A DNA stretch of 64,000 bases from Acidimicrobiia bacterium (GTDB taxonomy: Bacteria; Actinomycetota; Acidimicrobiia; Spongiisociales; UBA5794), in assembly GCA_029287195.1 (NCBI GenBank), contig JARFRN010000039.1, positions 1,927-65,926 of the forward strand, in the 5' to 3' direction. Positions 46,026-54,710 of the stretch are shown one piece after another. Made by a program: the position numbers and the translations under genes. The notes under the pieces were generated by a model. That model was not told the origin of the DNA. It ran no database searches and saw only the letters and a list, made by a program, of their open reading frames with translations. The stretch's first letter is position 1; every line of letters starts with the position of its first letter.

Positions 46026-47114
46026 CGCAACTGCACCTGCGAGGAAGATCGGTACCAATGCGAATGCATAGCGAATCTCGATGACTCGATCGAGCACGCC
46101 AAGCAAGGTCGGCGTCACCGTGATCGCTACTCCCGAGGCAAAGGCCGCCAGTGCGATGAGCCGTGGTTCGGGCAGCGCCGGGTCGTCGAGAAGACGCGCC
46201 AGTGACACCGGGTAGAGAACTGCGATTCCCAATCCGGCGAGCGTCATCGCTACGACCAGGAGCTGTGCCGGTAGATCGGGTATCACCACCAGGGCCGCAG
46301 CCCCGCAGACGAGCGCCCCCAATGCGACCGGGTCGAGCCGTCCCAAGGATCGAGGCCCGATGAGCCGGCCCACCGCCATTCCGATGGCAAAGGAGGCTGC
46401 CAGTCCGCTCGCTGCATCCACCTCGACCCCGGAGTCGACCAAGCGAGCTGCCCCCCAGGTCCAGAAGCAGAATTCTGCCGATACGGCGAGGACGATGACC
46501 GACCAACGTCGCCAGGTGTTTGCGGTCATCCTTTCAGCTTTTACCGCTTCATTTGCAGAAGGGCGGTCGATTCCGAGTCCCTCCGAAGCGCGCACCCGAC
46601 GGACCGCCACTATCACCAACCAGAACGCGGGCACGATCAGACCAACGCGGCCGGTCGTGAACCGTCGATCGGAGAGAGCAATCACCGCCGGGGCCGCCAG
46701 CCCGGCGATCGACGAGACTCCGACCGCCATGGCAAGTCGCCCGGCGCGATGCTCGACGCCGATGAGCGCCGGGGTCGCTATCAAGAACGCCGCACAGCCT
46801 ATGCCTTGAAGTAGTCCACCGGCAACGAGCAGCGGAACGGTGCTTCCGAAACCGAGCAGCAGCACGCCGGCAGTCACGACGACGGCTCCGACCCGGGTGA
46901 CCGGTTCCGCCCCGTGGCTGAGGATGCGGCGCCCCAGGAATCCCGCCCCGAGCAGCCCAAATCCGAATGCGGAGCCCAGCCATGCGAGTTGATATCGCGG
47001 GACATCGAGATCGCGCGCGCCGAGCACGAGTACCGGCCCTAGTCCGCCGATGCACCAGCCGATGGCAGCTTGGATCGCGAGGGCGTGGCGATCGCGGGCA
47101 ATCCGCTGCAACAT
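45996..47114 (-). CDS. MFS transporter
   Basis: About 12 hydrophobic segments. Preferred start MLQRIARDRHALAI (47114); the ORF track goes to 47264. The 3' end overlaps the convergent ADH gene by 30 nt. Confidence 0.7.
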   Translation of the reverse strand: MLQRIARDRHALAIQAAIGWCIGGLGPVLVLGARDLDVPRYQLAWLGSAFGFGLLGAGFLGRRILSHGAEPVTRVGAVVVTAGVLLLGFGSTVPLLVAGGLLQGIGCAAFLIATPALIGVEHRAGRLAMAVGVSSIAGLAAPAVIALSDRRFTTGRVGLIVPAFWLVIVAVRRVRASEGLGIDRPSANEAVKAERMTANTWRRWSVIVLAVSAEFCFWTWGAARLVDSGVEVDAASGLAASFAIGMAVGRLIGPRSLGRLDPVALGALVCGAAALVVIPDLPAQLLVVAMTLAGLGIAVLYPVSLARLLDDPALPEPRLIALAAFASGVAITVTPTLLGVLDRVIEIRYAFALVPIFLAGAVALDRQSTDST

Positions 47115-47296
47115 TGTCACCGACACCGACCCTCGAGGCGCATGATTGCGAGTGTAAGGCACGGCCTTTGCGGGTCGGTTGCCAAGGACCTCGATCCGGC
47201 GGCAGGGCCCGGGTGGCCTTCCCTCGCCGTTCTTGCGTGACTGGTGGCCGGCGATATCGGCCATGCCCTATCGCGCGCCCGCTCCGCAGGAACGGA

Positions 47297-48757
47297 TCAA
47301 TCGAGTCCGACGCGCTCGTTGAACTGCTCGATGAGTTCGTCGATGGGGTCGGCCAGGGCTTGGATGCTGGTCCAGTACTCGGGGTCGTACCACTGCGCCT
47401 GGATCTCCTCGTAGGTCTTGCCCTGCTGTTCGACCCAGGTGTAGTACTTCAGGTTGTGAACCCGCTTCTTGTCGTAATAGGTCCACTCCTGGACATGGTC
47501 GATCCCAGTCCCATACAGGTAGCGAGCCGCGGTGGCCGTAGCATCCATCCTCGTGTACTCGCCCCGCTCCTCGGTGAGCTCACCAAGACGTGACCCGTAC
47601 ATCTCCATCGAGTCGGTACCAAGCGTCACGATGACGTCGTTGCCGGTCAATTCGTAGTACTTGGCCATCTTGATGGCCATCAGCATGTTGCCCACGCCGG
47701 AGATCCCGAGCAGCCGCAGGTTTTCGACGAGATCTGAGTCAACACCCATGTCGGCCAGAAACTCTTGGCCGTTCGGCTCGTTGAACAACCGGATGATCGA
47801 CATCGTCGCCTCGTCGTCGATGCCGATCGCCAGATCGGTGTTCTTGACGTTGTGGATCCACGGGATGTGCTTGTCCCCGATGCCCTCGATGCGGTGCTCG
47901 CCGAACCCGTTGTACAGAATCGTCGGGCACTGCACTGCCTCACCGGCGGCGATCTTCGACGTTGGGTACAGCTGCTTCAGGTAATCGCCAGACGCGATTG
48001 TCCCGGCAGAACCGGTGGTCAAGGTAACTCCGGCGAACCTGTCGTTTTCACCCAGTACCTCGTTGAGCACCTCGACCATGGCCGGGCCGGTGATCGAGTA
48101 GTGCCACAGGTAGTTGCCGAACTCTTCGAACTGGTTGAAGATCACCAGGTCTTCGCCCGATTGCCGTAGCTCGTTGCACTTGTCGAAGATCTCCTTGACG
48201 TTCGACTCTGTGCCCGGTGTCTTGATGATCTCGCCGGCAACGCTGTCCAACCACTGGAAGCGCTCGGCACTCATGCCTGCCGGCAGGATGGCGATCGACT
48301 CGCACGCCAATAGATTGGAGTCGTAGGCCCCGCCGCGGCAGTAGTTGCCGGTTGACGGCCACACCGCCTTCTGGGTGACCGGATCGAATTGACCCGTCAC
48401 CAGACGAGGAACAAGGCAGCCAAACGCTGCACCCACCTTGTGGGCTCCGGTCGGGAACCACTTGCCCTCCAGCATGATGATCCTGGCGTCTACGCCGCTG
48501 ATTTCAGAAGGAATCTCCAGGTAGTTGACCGGCCCGAACCCGCCACCATGTGGAGTGGGTTCGTTGTGCCAGTTGATACGAAACAGGTTCAGGGGATCCA
48601 GATCCCACAAGCCAATGTTCTCGAGTTGGGTCTTGATCGAATTGGGAATCAGCGAAGGATCGCGCATCTGCTTGAACGTCGGGATCCGGATCGATCTTTC
48701 GTGAGCTCGGCTTGCTGCCGACTCCAGCGTCGCCTCATGCATCGTGAGATCGATCAT
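47297..48757 (-). CDS. fold-type-II PLP enzyme, long form (TrpB/cysteine-synthase superfamily; OrtB-like by recollection)
   Basis: 486 aa. GKWFPTGAHKVGAAFGCLVP (Schiff-base Lys context), WPSTGNYCRGGAY, TTGSAGT (phosphate loop). Confidence 0.7.
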   Translation of the reverse strand: MIDLTMHEATLESAASRAHERSIRIPTFKQMRDPSLIPNSIKTQLENIGLWDLDPLNLFRINWHNEPTPHGGGFGPVNYLEIPSEISGVDARIIMLEGKWFPTGAHKVGAAFGCLVPRLVTGQFDPVTQKAVWPSTGNYCRGGAYDSNLLACESIAILPAGMSAERFQWLDSVAGEIIKTPGTESNVKEIFDKCNELRQSGEDLVIFNQFEEFGNYLWHYSITGPAMVEVLNEVLGENDRFAGVTLTTGSAGTIASGDYLKQLYPTSKIAAGEAVQCPTILYNGFGEHRIEGIGDKHIPWIHNVKNTDLAIGIDDEATMSIIRLFNEPNGQEFLADMGVDSDLVENLRLLGISGVGNMLMAIKMAKYYELTGNDVIVTLGTDSMEMYGSRLGELTEERGEYTRMDATATAARYLYGTGIDHVQEWTYYDKKRVHNLKYYTWVEQQGKTYEEIQAQWYDPEYWTSIQALADPIDELIEQFNERVGLD

Positions 48758-48770
48758 GTTTCTTGTCCCT

Positions 48771-50027
48771 TCATTGGTGTCCCAATGCTTCTTTGAGTGC
48801 GTCCAGGGTGGGGTCGATGTACATCGGTTTGGTGCCGGCGGCGGTCACCGCCTTCATCGCCGAGGCAACGTCTTTTAGTCCGCTACCCGTTGAGAGTACG
48901 ACAACTTCGTCGCTTGGGGAGACCAGACCCCGGTCGACCGCTGCGATCAACCCGGCGTATGCCGCAGCCCCGGCAGGCTCGGCAAAGACGCCGGCGCCAC
49001 CTGCCATTGCCGGCACCGCATCCAGGATGTCATCATCGCTTACTCGAATGTAAGCGCCGCCGGTTTCTGTGACCGCCCGCATCGCCTTGATGCGGTCGCG
49101 GGGTAGATCGGCACTGATCGAGTCGGCGACGGTGTCGGCTGCGATGGGCGGCTTGGTCAGAACGTCGTCTCCCGATTCGTAGGCCTGCACCATGTAGTCG
49201 CTGCCCGCCGATTGGATGCCGTACAGGCGCGGTGGCTCGTCGATCCAGCCCAGGCTGAGGGCGTCTCTCATCGCCTTGTGCACGCCGCCGATGATCGAGC
49301 CATCGCCGACACTGACAAAGATGGCGTCGGGGGTGCTCCATTCCAGATCTTCGAGTATCTCGAAACCGGCGGTCTTCTTGCCCTCGGTCATGAATGGGTT
49401 GAAACCGGTGTTGCGGTTGTACCAGCCGTACGCTTCCGCGGCGAGCATGCAGAGCTCGAAGCTCGCGTTGTAGTTGCCGTTGACCAGGGCGACGGTGGAG
49501 CCGTAGGCGAGTAGCTGGGCGATCTTGGCCTCGGGCGCAGTCTTGGGGACGAAGATGACGTTCTTCTGCCCGACACTCGCTGAGATCCCCGCAAGCGCCG
49601 CCGCCGCGTTCCCGGTGCTGGCCGTCGTGATGACCCCGGCGCGGCGTTCTTGGGCCTTGACCACGGCCATCGCGGAAGCGCGATCCTTGAGCGACGCCGT
49701 TGGCTGGCGTCCCTCGTCCTTGACCCACACCTTGGCGATGCCGAGATCGGCAGCGAGCGGTGCCGCGTCGTACATCGGAGTTCCGCCAACGGTGAGCGGC
49801 GGGACTGAAGCGTCGGGCCGCACCGGCAACAGCGGCCGGTAGCGCCACATGGTGCGATTGCGGTTGGCGTCGAGATCTTTCTTGGTCCAGCTGCTGGCAA
49901 TCCGCTCGTAGTCGTAGCGGACGTCGAGGATGCCCTCATTGCCATGATCAGTACAGACGTACCCGGCGAAATCCGCCGGGTACGTCTTGTCACAAATCAC
50001 ACAGGCGAAGCCTGTGACATTGCTCAT
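48771..50027 (-). CDS. threonine-synthase-like PLP enzyme with an N-terminal zinc-ribbon
   Basis: 418 aa. FACVICDKTY...YVCTDHG. PTASLKDRAS (PLP Lys). TASTGNAAAALA. STGSGLKD. 4-nt overlap with the carbamate kinase gene. Confidence 0.8.
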   Translation of the reverse strand: MSNVTGFACVICDKTYPADFAGYVCTDHGNEGILDVRYDYERIASSWTKKDLDANRNRTMWRYRPLLPVRPDASVPPLTVGGTPMYDAAPLAADLGIAKVWVKDEGRQPTASLKDRASAMAVVKAQERRAGVITTASTGNAAAALAGISASVGQKNVIFVPKTAPEAKIAQLLAYGSTVALVNGNYNASFELCMLAAEAYGWYNRNTGFNPFMTEGKKTAGFEILEDLEWSTPDAIFVSVGDGSIIGGVHKAMRDALSLGWIDEPPRLYGIQSAGSDYMVQAYESGDDVLTKPPIAADTVADSISADLPRDRIKAMRAVTETGGAYIRVSDDDILDAVPAMAGGAGVFAEPAGAAAYAGLIAAVDRGLVSPSDEVVVLSTGSGLKDVASAMKAVTAAGTKPMYIDPTLDALKEALGHQ

Positions 50028-50965
50028 CGCACGATCCGAGTTCCAGTTTCGCCGGCCATGGCCCGTTCCAGGTTCTCCGGATTGGTGATCAAGGCCTCCT
50101 TGCCACCGGCCTCGAGGAACTGCACGACGGCACGCATCTTCGGCGCCATCGAGCCCTCGGCGAAATGACCTCCCTCGGCGAGGTACTGCTTGACCTCATC
50201 GAGGGTGAACTGCGCAACCCACTCCTCGTTCTCCTTCCCGAAATTGAGCGCTACCTGCTCGACCGCAGTCGAGATCAGTAGCAGGTCGGCATCCACCTGG
50301 CTGGCCAGCAGCGCCGAGGCCAGGTCCTTGTCGATCACGGCGGGGATTCCCCGCAAGTCGCCGTTCTCGTCGGCGACGACGGGTATCCCACCGCCGCCGA
50401 CGGCGATGGTGACGACGCCGGCGTCGAGTAGTTGCTTGATCACCTCGAGTTCGACGATGCGCATCGGCCTGGGTGAAGCGACGACTCGGCGCCAGCCGCG
50501 GCCGGCGTCCTCCTTGACGTCCCAGCCATCCTCGTCGCGCCGCTTGATGGCCTGGGCCTCGTCCATGAACGAGCCGATCGGCTTACTCGGGCTGTCGAAG
50601 GCGGGATCCGTGGCGTCGACCTCGACCTGGGTGACGACCGTGGCGACACTCTTGTTGACGCCCCGCTGGCGGAAATCGTTCACTAGGTTCTGCTGCAGCA
50701 TGTAGCCGATGGCGCCCTGGGTGTCGGCTCCGCAGTAGTCGAGCGGGATCTCGTGGAGCTCGCTGCTGGCCATCTCGGAACGGCGGAGGATGAAACCAAC
50801 CTGCGGGCCGTTGCCGTGCGAAATCGCCACGTCCCAGCCCGCCTCTACGAGCGATGCAATGTGTTCATCGGTCTCCGCCGCAGCCAGGTACTGGTCCTGT
50901 ACCGACGTGTGATCGGCATCGGGGATCAGCGAGTTGCCGCCGATGGCGATTACGGCCCGTGGCAT
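50024..50965 (-). CDS. arcC: carbamate kinase
   Basis: The ORF track extends to 51550 through an Arg-rich overlap. ATG 50965..50963 shares one nt with the upstream stop. MPRAVIAIGGNSL...ISHGNGPQVG...GGGGIPV. Confidence 0.9.
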   Translation of the reverse strand: MPRAVIAIGGNSLIPDADHTSVQDQYLAAAETDEHIASLVEAGWDVAISHGNGPQVGFILRRSEMASSELHEIPLDYCGADTQGAIGYMLQQNLVNDFRQRGVNKSVATVVTQVEVDATDPAFDSPSKPIGSFMDEAQAIKRRDEDGWDVKEDAGRGWRRVVASPRPMRIVELEVIKQLLDAGVVTIAVGGGGIPVVADENGDLRGIPAVIDKDLASALLASQVDADLLLISTAVEQVALNFGKENEEWVAQFTLDEVKQYLAEGGHFAEGSMAPKMRAVVQFLEAGGKEALITNPENLERAMAGETGTRIVR

Positions 50966-51915
50966 TACTCCCACACTCCGAGGATGGAGGACAGGAGCGC
51001 CATACGCATGACGACCCCGTTGTACGCCTCTTGCCAGTAGCGGGCATGCTTGAGGTCGTCGACCTCGGGAAGCAGTTCGTCCCGGCGGGGGAGCGAGTGC
51101 AGCACGATCGAGCTGCCCTTCGCCTTCTTCATGACCTCCTGGGTCACCTGGTAATTGGCTGCGGTTCGGGCATAGACCTCGGCCTTGTCCTGACGAGCCT
51201 TCGTGTAGTCGGGTTGGACGACCGGTTCCATGTAGATGACGTCGGTGTCGGCGATTGCCTCGTCGATGTGCTCGACGATGCGATAGTTGGTGCCCTTCTC
51301 GTCGAGTTCGGCAAGGAACTCGGGGAGTGGCGACATCTCGTCCGGCGCCAGGATGACCATCTCGGCATCGAACTGCGACAGCGCATAGCCGAGTGAATGC
51401 ATGGTGCGCATACGGTGGTCTCCCACGGCGAGAAAGCTCTTGCCGTCGACCGAGCCCATCTCCTTGGTAACGGTGTAGAGGTCGGTGAGAACCTGTGTGG
51501 GGTGTTCGCCCCAGCCGTCGCCGCCGTTGATGACGGGGATGGAGGACCACTTGGCGGCTTCATGCGGGGCACCCTGGTCGTAGTGGCGCATGACGATGAC
51601 GTCACCGTAGAACTCCAGCATGTGCACGGTGTCCTTGATCGACTCCTGATAGAAGTCGCCGGCTCGGGTCATTTTGGCGTCGGCGAAGCCTGTGACGTGA
51701 CCGCCGAGGCGATGCATGGCAGCCTCATGGGCGAGCCGGGTTCGCGTCGACGGCTGATAGAAGGCTGTGACGAGAGTCTTGTGAGCGAGCATGTCGGAAT
51801 TGCGACGCTCGCGAGCGATGGGCTCCACCCGGTCGGCAATCTCGAACAGGTGCATGAACTCGTTGCGTTCGAAATCTTTCAAAGACAGGATGTCCCGTCC
51901 CGCAAAACTGCGCAT
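50965..51915 (-). CDS. aspartate/ornithine carbamoyltransferase family protein, PyrB-like but with a divergent second-substrate loop
   Basis: 316 aa. FYQPSTRTR, MRH, GEHPTQVLTDL, HSLPR. It has MTRAGDFYQESIKDT where ATCases carry the S..KGE...DT loop. Confidence 0.8.
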   Translation of the reverse strand: MRSFAGRDILSLKDFERNEFMHLFEIADRVEPIARERRNSDMLAHKTLVTAFYQPSTRTRLAHEAAMHRLGGHVTGFADAKMTRAGDFYQESIKDTVHMLEFYGDVIVMRHYDQGAPHEAAKWSSIPVINGGDGWGEHPTQVLTDLYTVTKEMGSVDGKSFLAVGDHRMRTMHSLGYALSQFDAEMVILAPDEMSPLPEFLAELDEKGTNYRIVEHIDEAIADTDVIYMEPVVQPDYTKARQDKAEVYARTAANYQVTQEVMKKAKGSSIVLHSLPRRDELLPEVDDLKHARYWQEAYNGVVMRMALLSSILGVWE

Positions 51916-52028
51916 TTCGTCGGCCCTCCTTAAGAGCGTGGAATGACACGATTTGTGCCACGAGCCTCGTCTTCAGGCTCGGCCCGTCGGAGTGTGGCAT
52001 TTGCACTCCTTTTGGGGTCTTGTTCAAT

Positions 52029-52055
52029 TGGTCATACTATACTACAATATGATCA
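52029..52055. promoter_or_regulatory. AT-rich inverted repeat TGGTCATA-N11-TATGATCA (candidate GntR/HutC operator) in the divergent promoter region
   Basis: tggtcatactatactacaatatgatca. The arms match 7/8 and contain GT..TA..AC-like half sites. It lies 25 nt upstream of the gntR start and about 115 nt upstream of the carbamoyltransferase start. This is the most AT-rich stretch I saw in the window. Confidence 0.5.
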
Positions 52056-52080
52056 CAGTACTGGCTAGTCCCGATTTCAG

Positions 52081-52809
52081 ATGATCACTCGAAACCCGTC
52101 ACTCACCGATCAGGTCAAGGCTCACATCAAAGAGCAGATCGTCAATGATGAGTTCGCAGACGGGCGAATACCGCCGGAAGCCACCCTGGCTGAGGATCTT
52201 GGCGTTAGCCGAACCACGATTCGGGACGCGCTCGGCAAGCTCGAGCACGAAGGTGCCATCTACCGCAAGCAGGGCGCCGGGACCTTCGTCAATCAGGCCG
52301 GCCTCCAGATCAAGTCCCGGCTCGAGGAGATCTGGTCCTATGAACAGGTACTCGAGGACCACGGCTACAAGCCTTCGGTAAGGGTGCTCACCGACGAGAT
52401 TTTCCCGGTCAACCCAGAGACCGCCGAGGCGCTGCAGTTGGATGAGGGCGACGAGGTGCTGGTGATCGAGAAGGTCTTCCTGGAGAACTCGACCCCGGTC
52501 GTGCTGACGCGGAACCGGATTCCGGCAGCCTTGCTCTTGGGATCCGATCGCAAGCGGAAGGACCTCCCCATCTATGAGTACTTGGAGGAGTACTGCGACC
52601 GCCGCCTCAGCTATTACCTGTCTGAGATCGTGCCTGTATCTCTAGATGCAGATCAGGCGGCGAAGCTCGGGGTGAAGGAGGGAACTCTCGGGCTCTCGTT
52701 CGTCGAGGTGGGATATGACCAGAACAACGAGGCGATCGTGCATGCCACCTCCTACTTCCGAGATGACTTGCTCCGTTTCCGTCTGATTCGACGAAGGGCC
52801 GGGGCTTAG
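52081..52809 (+). CDS. GntR family regulator, HutC/UTRA subfamily
   Basis: 242 aa. HTH LPPEATLAEDLGVSRTTIRDALGKLEHEGAIYRKQGAGTFV. C-terminal UTRA-like domain. Confidence 0.88.
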   Translation: MITRNPSLTDQVKAHIKEQIVNDEFADGRIPPEATLAEDLGVSRTTIRDALGKLEHEGAIYRKQGAGTFVNQAGLQIKSRLEEIWSYEQVLEDHGYKPSVRVLTDEIFPVNPETAEALQLDEGDEVLVIEKVFLENSTPVVLTRNRIPAALLLGSDRKRKDLPIYEYLEEYCDRRLSYYLSEIVPVSLDADQAAKLGVKEGTLGLSFVEVGYDQNNEAIVHATSYFRDDLLRFRLIRRRAGA

Positions 52810-52846
52810 GGCAATGAGAACGGCAAACCGCAAAGGAGAGCAGTAA

Positions 52847-53821
52847 ATGCAGACACATCTGCATGGTCGTGACATGATCACGACCCAGGAATGGACCAAG
52901 GACGAGCTCGACACGATCATCGATGTCGCGCTGGATCTGAAGCGGCGCCGGGCTCTCGGCGAGCAGCATGCGTTGCTGGACAACAAGGTGTTGGCGATGC
53001 TGTTCTTCTTCTCGAGCACCCGGACCCGAGCCAGCTTCGAGGCCGGCATGGCTCAACTCGGAGGGCATGCGATGTTCCTCGACTCGACCAGCACCCAAAT
53101 CGGCCACGGTGATACGTGGAAGGAGATCGGCGAAATCCTCGGCCGCTACAACGACGGCATCGCCATCCGCAACGTCGACTGGGACATCGGCAACAAGTAC
53201 ATCCGCGCCGTTGCCGAGGCCAGCCGGACTCCGGTGCTCAACATGCAGTGCGACTGGTATCACCCGTTCCAGGCGCTTGCCGACCTGTTGACCGTCATCG
53301 AGCAGAAGGGCGATCCCCGCAAGCTGACGTTCAACATGAGCTACGCCTATGCGGCCAGCTATCAGAAGCCGATCAGTGTCCCGCAGTCGGTCATTCTGCT
53401 GATGACTCGCTACGGCGCCAATGTGCGGCTGACCCGCCCGCCTGAATTCAAGCTGTATCCGGAGATCGTTTCCCAGGCCGAGGAGAATGCCAAGAAGGCT
53501 CACGGCAGCTTCGAGATCTTCGAGGACTTCGAGGAGGGCATGGCCGGCGCGGATGTTGTCTATGCCAAGGCGTGGGGCTCGATGCTGACCACCTCCGACC
53601 ATGAGGAGTCGGCGAAGATCTCCGAGAAGTACACGGACTGGATCGTCGATGCCCGCCGTATGGAGATGGCCGATGAGGACGCCATCTACATGCACCCGCT
53701 GCCGGCGGACCGCAATATCGAGGTTGCAGACGAGGTCATCGACGGCCGCTGGAGCCGGGTCTTCGACCAGGCCGAGAACCGGCTGCATGCGCAGAAGGCC
53801 GTCATGGCTTTGACCATGTAG
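52847..53821 (+). CDS. ygeW: YgeW-like carbamoyltransferase (short form)
   Basis: 324 aa. FFFSSTRTR, QCDWYHPFQALADL. YAYAASYQKPISVPQSVILLMTRYG closely parallels the YgeW region I recall (WAYSPSYGKPLSVPQGIIGLMTRFG). MHPLPADR. AAGGAGAG SD. Lies 37 nt after gntR. Confidence 0.75.
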   Translation: MQTHLHGRDMITTQEWTKDELDTIIDVALDLKRRRALGEQHALLDNKVLAMLFFFSSTRTRASFEAGMAQLGGHAMFLDSTSTQIGHGDTWKEIGEILGRYNDGIAIRNVDWDIGNKYIRAVAEASRTPVLNMQCDWYHPFQALADLLTVIEQKGDPRKLTFNMSYAYAASYQKPISVPQSVILLMTRYGANVRLTRPPEFKLYPEIVSQAEENAKKAHGSFEIFEDFEEGMAGADVVYAKAWGSMLTTSDHEESAKISEKYTDWIVDARRMEMADEDAIYMHPLPADRNIEVADEVIDGRWSRVFDQAENRLHAQKAVMALTM

Positions 53822-53939
53822 CGCAACCAGTGGTTCTGGCGTCTAAGACCGGAATATCTTCCGCTCCGGGACCAAAGCTACGCACAGGAAGCCAGGGCAG
53901 GGGCCCCGGCTTCCCTTGAAACAGGGTCTGAGATCGCTG

Positions 53940-54280
53940 CTACTCGCCGTAGAGCGTTGCCTCGGTGACGCTCTTGTACAAAGCGTTGGTCCAGTTTTCG
54001 GACTGCTGATCCGAGAACGACACATGCTCATTCATGAGCCGGCCGTACGCGCTGTCGGGGTCCTTCCCGGCGACTGCCAGCTCATCCTGGGTGCCGTAGC
54101 TGGCCATCTCGACGAGCGTATGAACAGATCCGACACCTTCTGGGCGTAAATGGCGAAGTAGGTTCCGATGTACTTCGCTCCGGGCGGATGGGAATTGGCG
54201 AGTTCCCTCTCGTTGGCATCGAGCCACTCCTGGAATTCTCTCGACTTGCCTTCTGTGAGATCGCCTGCGATGTGCGCGAT
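53940..54280 (-). pseudogene. decayed small alpha/beta-barrel (Dabb/EthD-like) gene: no canonical start and a frameshift
   Basis: The frame after TAG 54338 reads ...GFIAHIAGDLTEGKSREFQEWLDANERELANSHPPGAKYIGTYFAIYAQ. Around 54135-54146 the sensible reading shifts frame to EGVGSVHTLVEMASYGTQDELAVAGKDPDSAYGRLMNEHVSF...LYGE*. The only start-like codon is ATC at 54280. Confidence 0.4.
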
Positions 54281-54710
54281 GAATCCCGTACTCGTTCTCT
54301 CCCTTCCTTGCGAGCCGCTTGCCCGCTCCGATCGAACCTACAGGGTGACCGCCGCAAATGGGTAGTGACCTGAGGGTGAGAACGTCTGTATCGTGGCGCC
54401 GCCCGCAGTACGGATCGGAGAAGGCATGTACGGATCGATCGGCCAGATTGTTGGCGTGCCCGGGAAGTGGGGCGGACCAGCCGCCGGCTTCGCCTGCATA
54501 GGATCGGCGCCGTTTGTATGAGCAATATGATCACCAACGGCTCGAAGGATCCAGACTCCCTTTTGCCTACCGAGGGTTGGGATGGCAAGCAGGCACTTGC
54601 AGATCCGCGGGGAATCCCCGAGGTGGAAGCTGCGATCGTCGATGTACGCCCGCTGATCGCCGGGTCGGGAAGCCCCATTGAGACCGAGCCAACCGGGGGT
54701 TAGGGCTGGG

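Noticed and set aside
54518-54703. Acidic 61-aa ORF as a RiPP-type precursor for the downstream alpha/alpha-toroid protein
   Set aside because: The enzyme lacks LanC-type Zn ligand motifs. The peptide has no Cys/Ser/Thr-rich core. Codon statistics do not favour it over the opposite strand. It is kept only as an open question in the findings.
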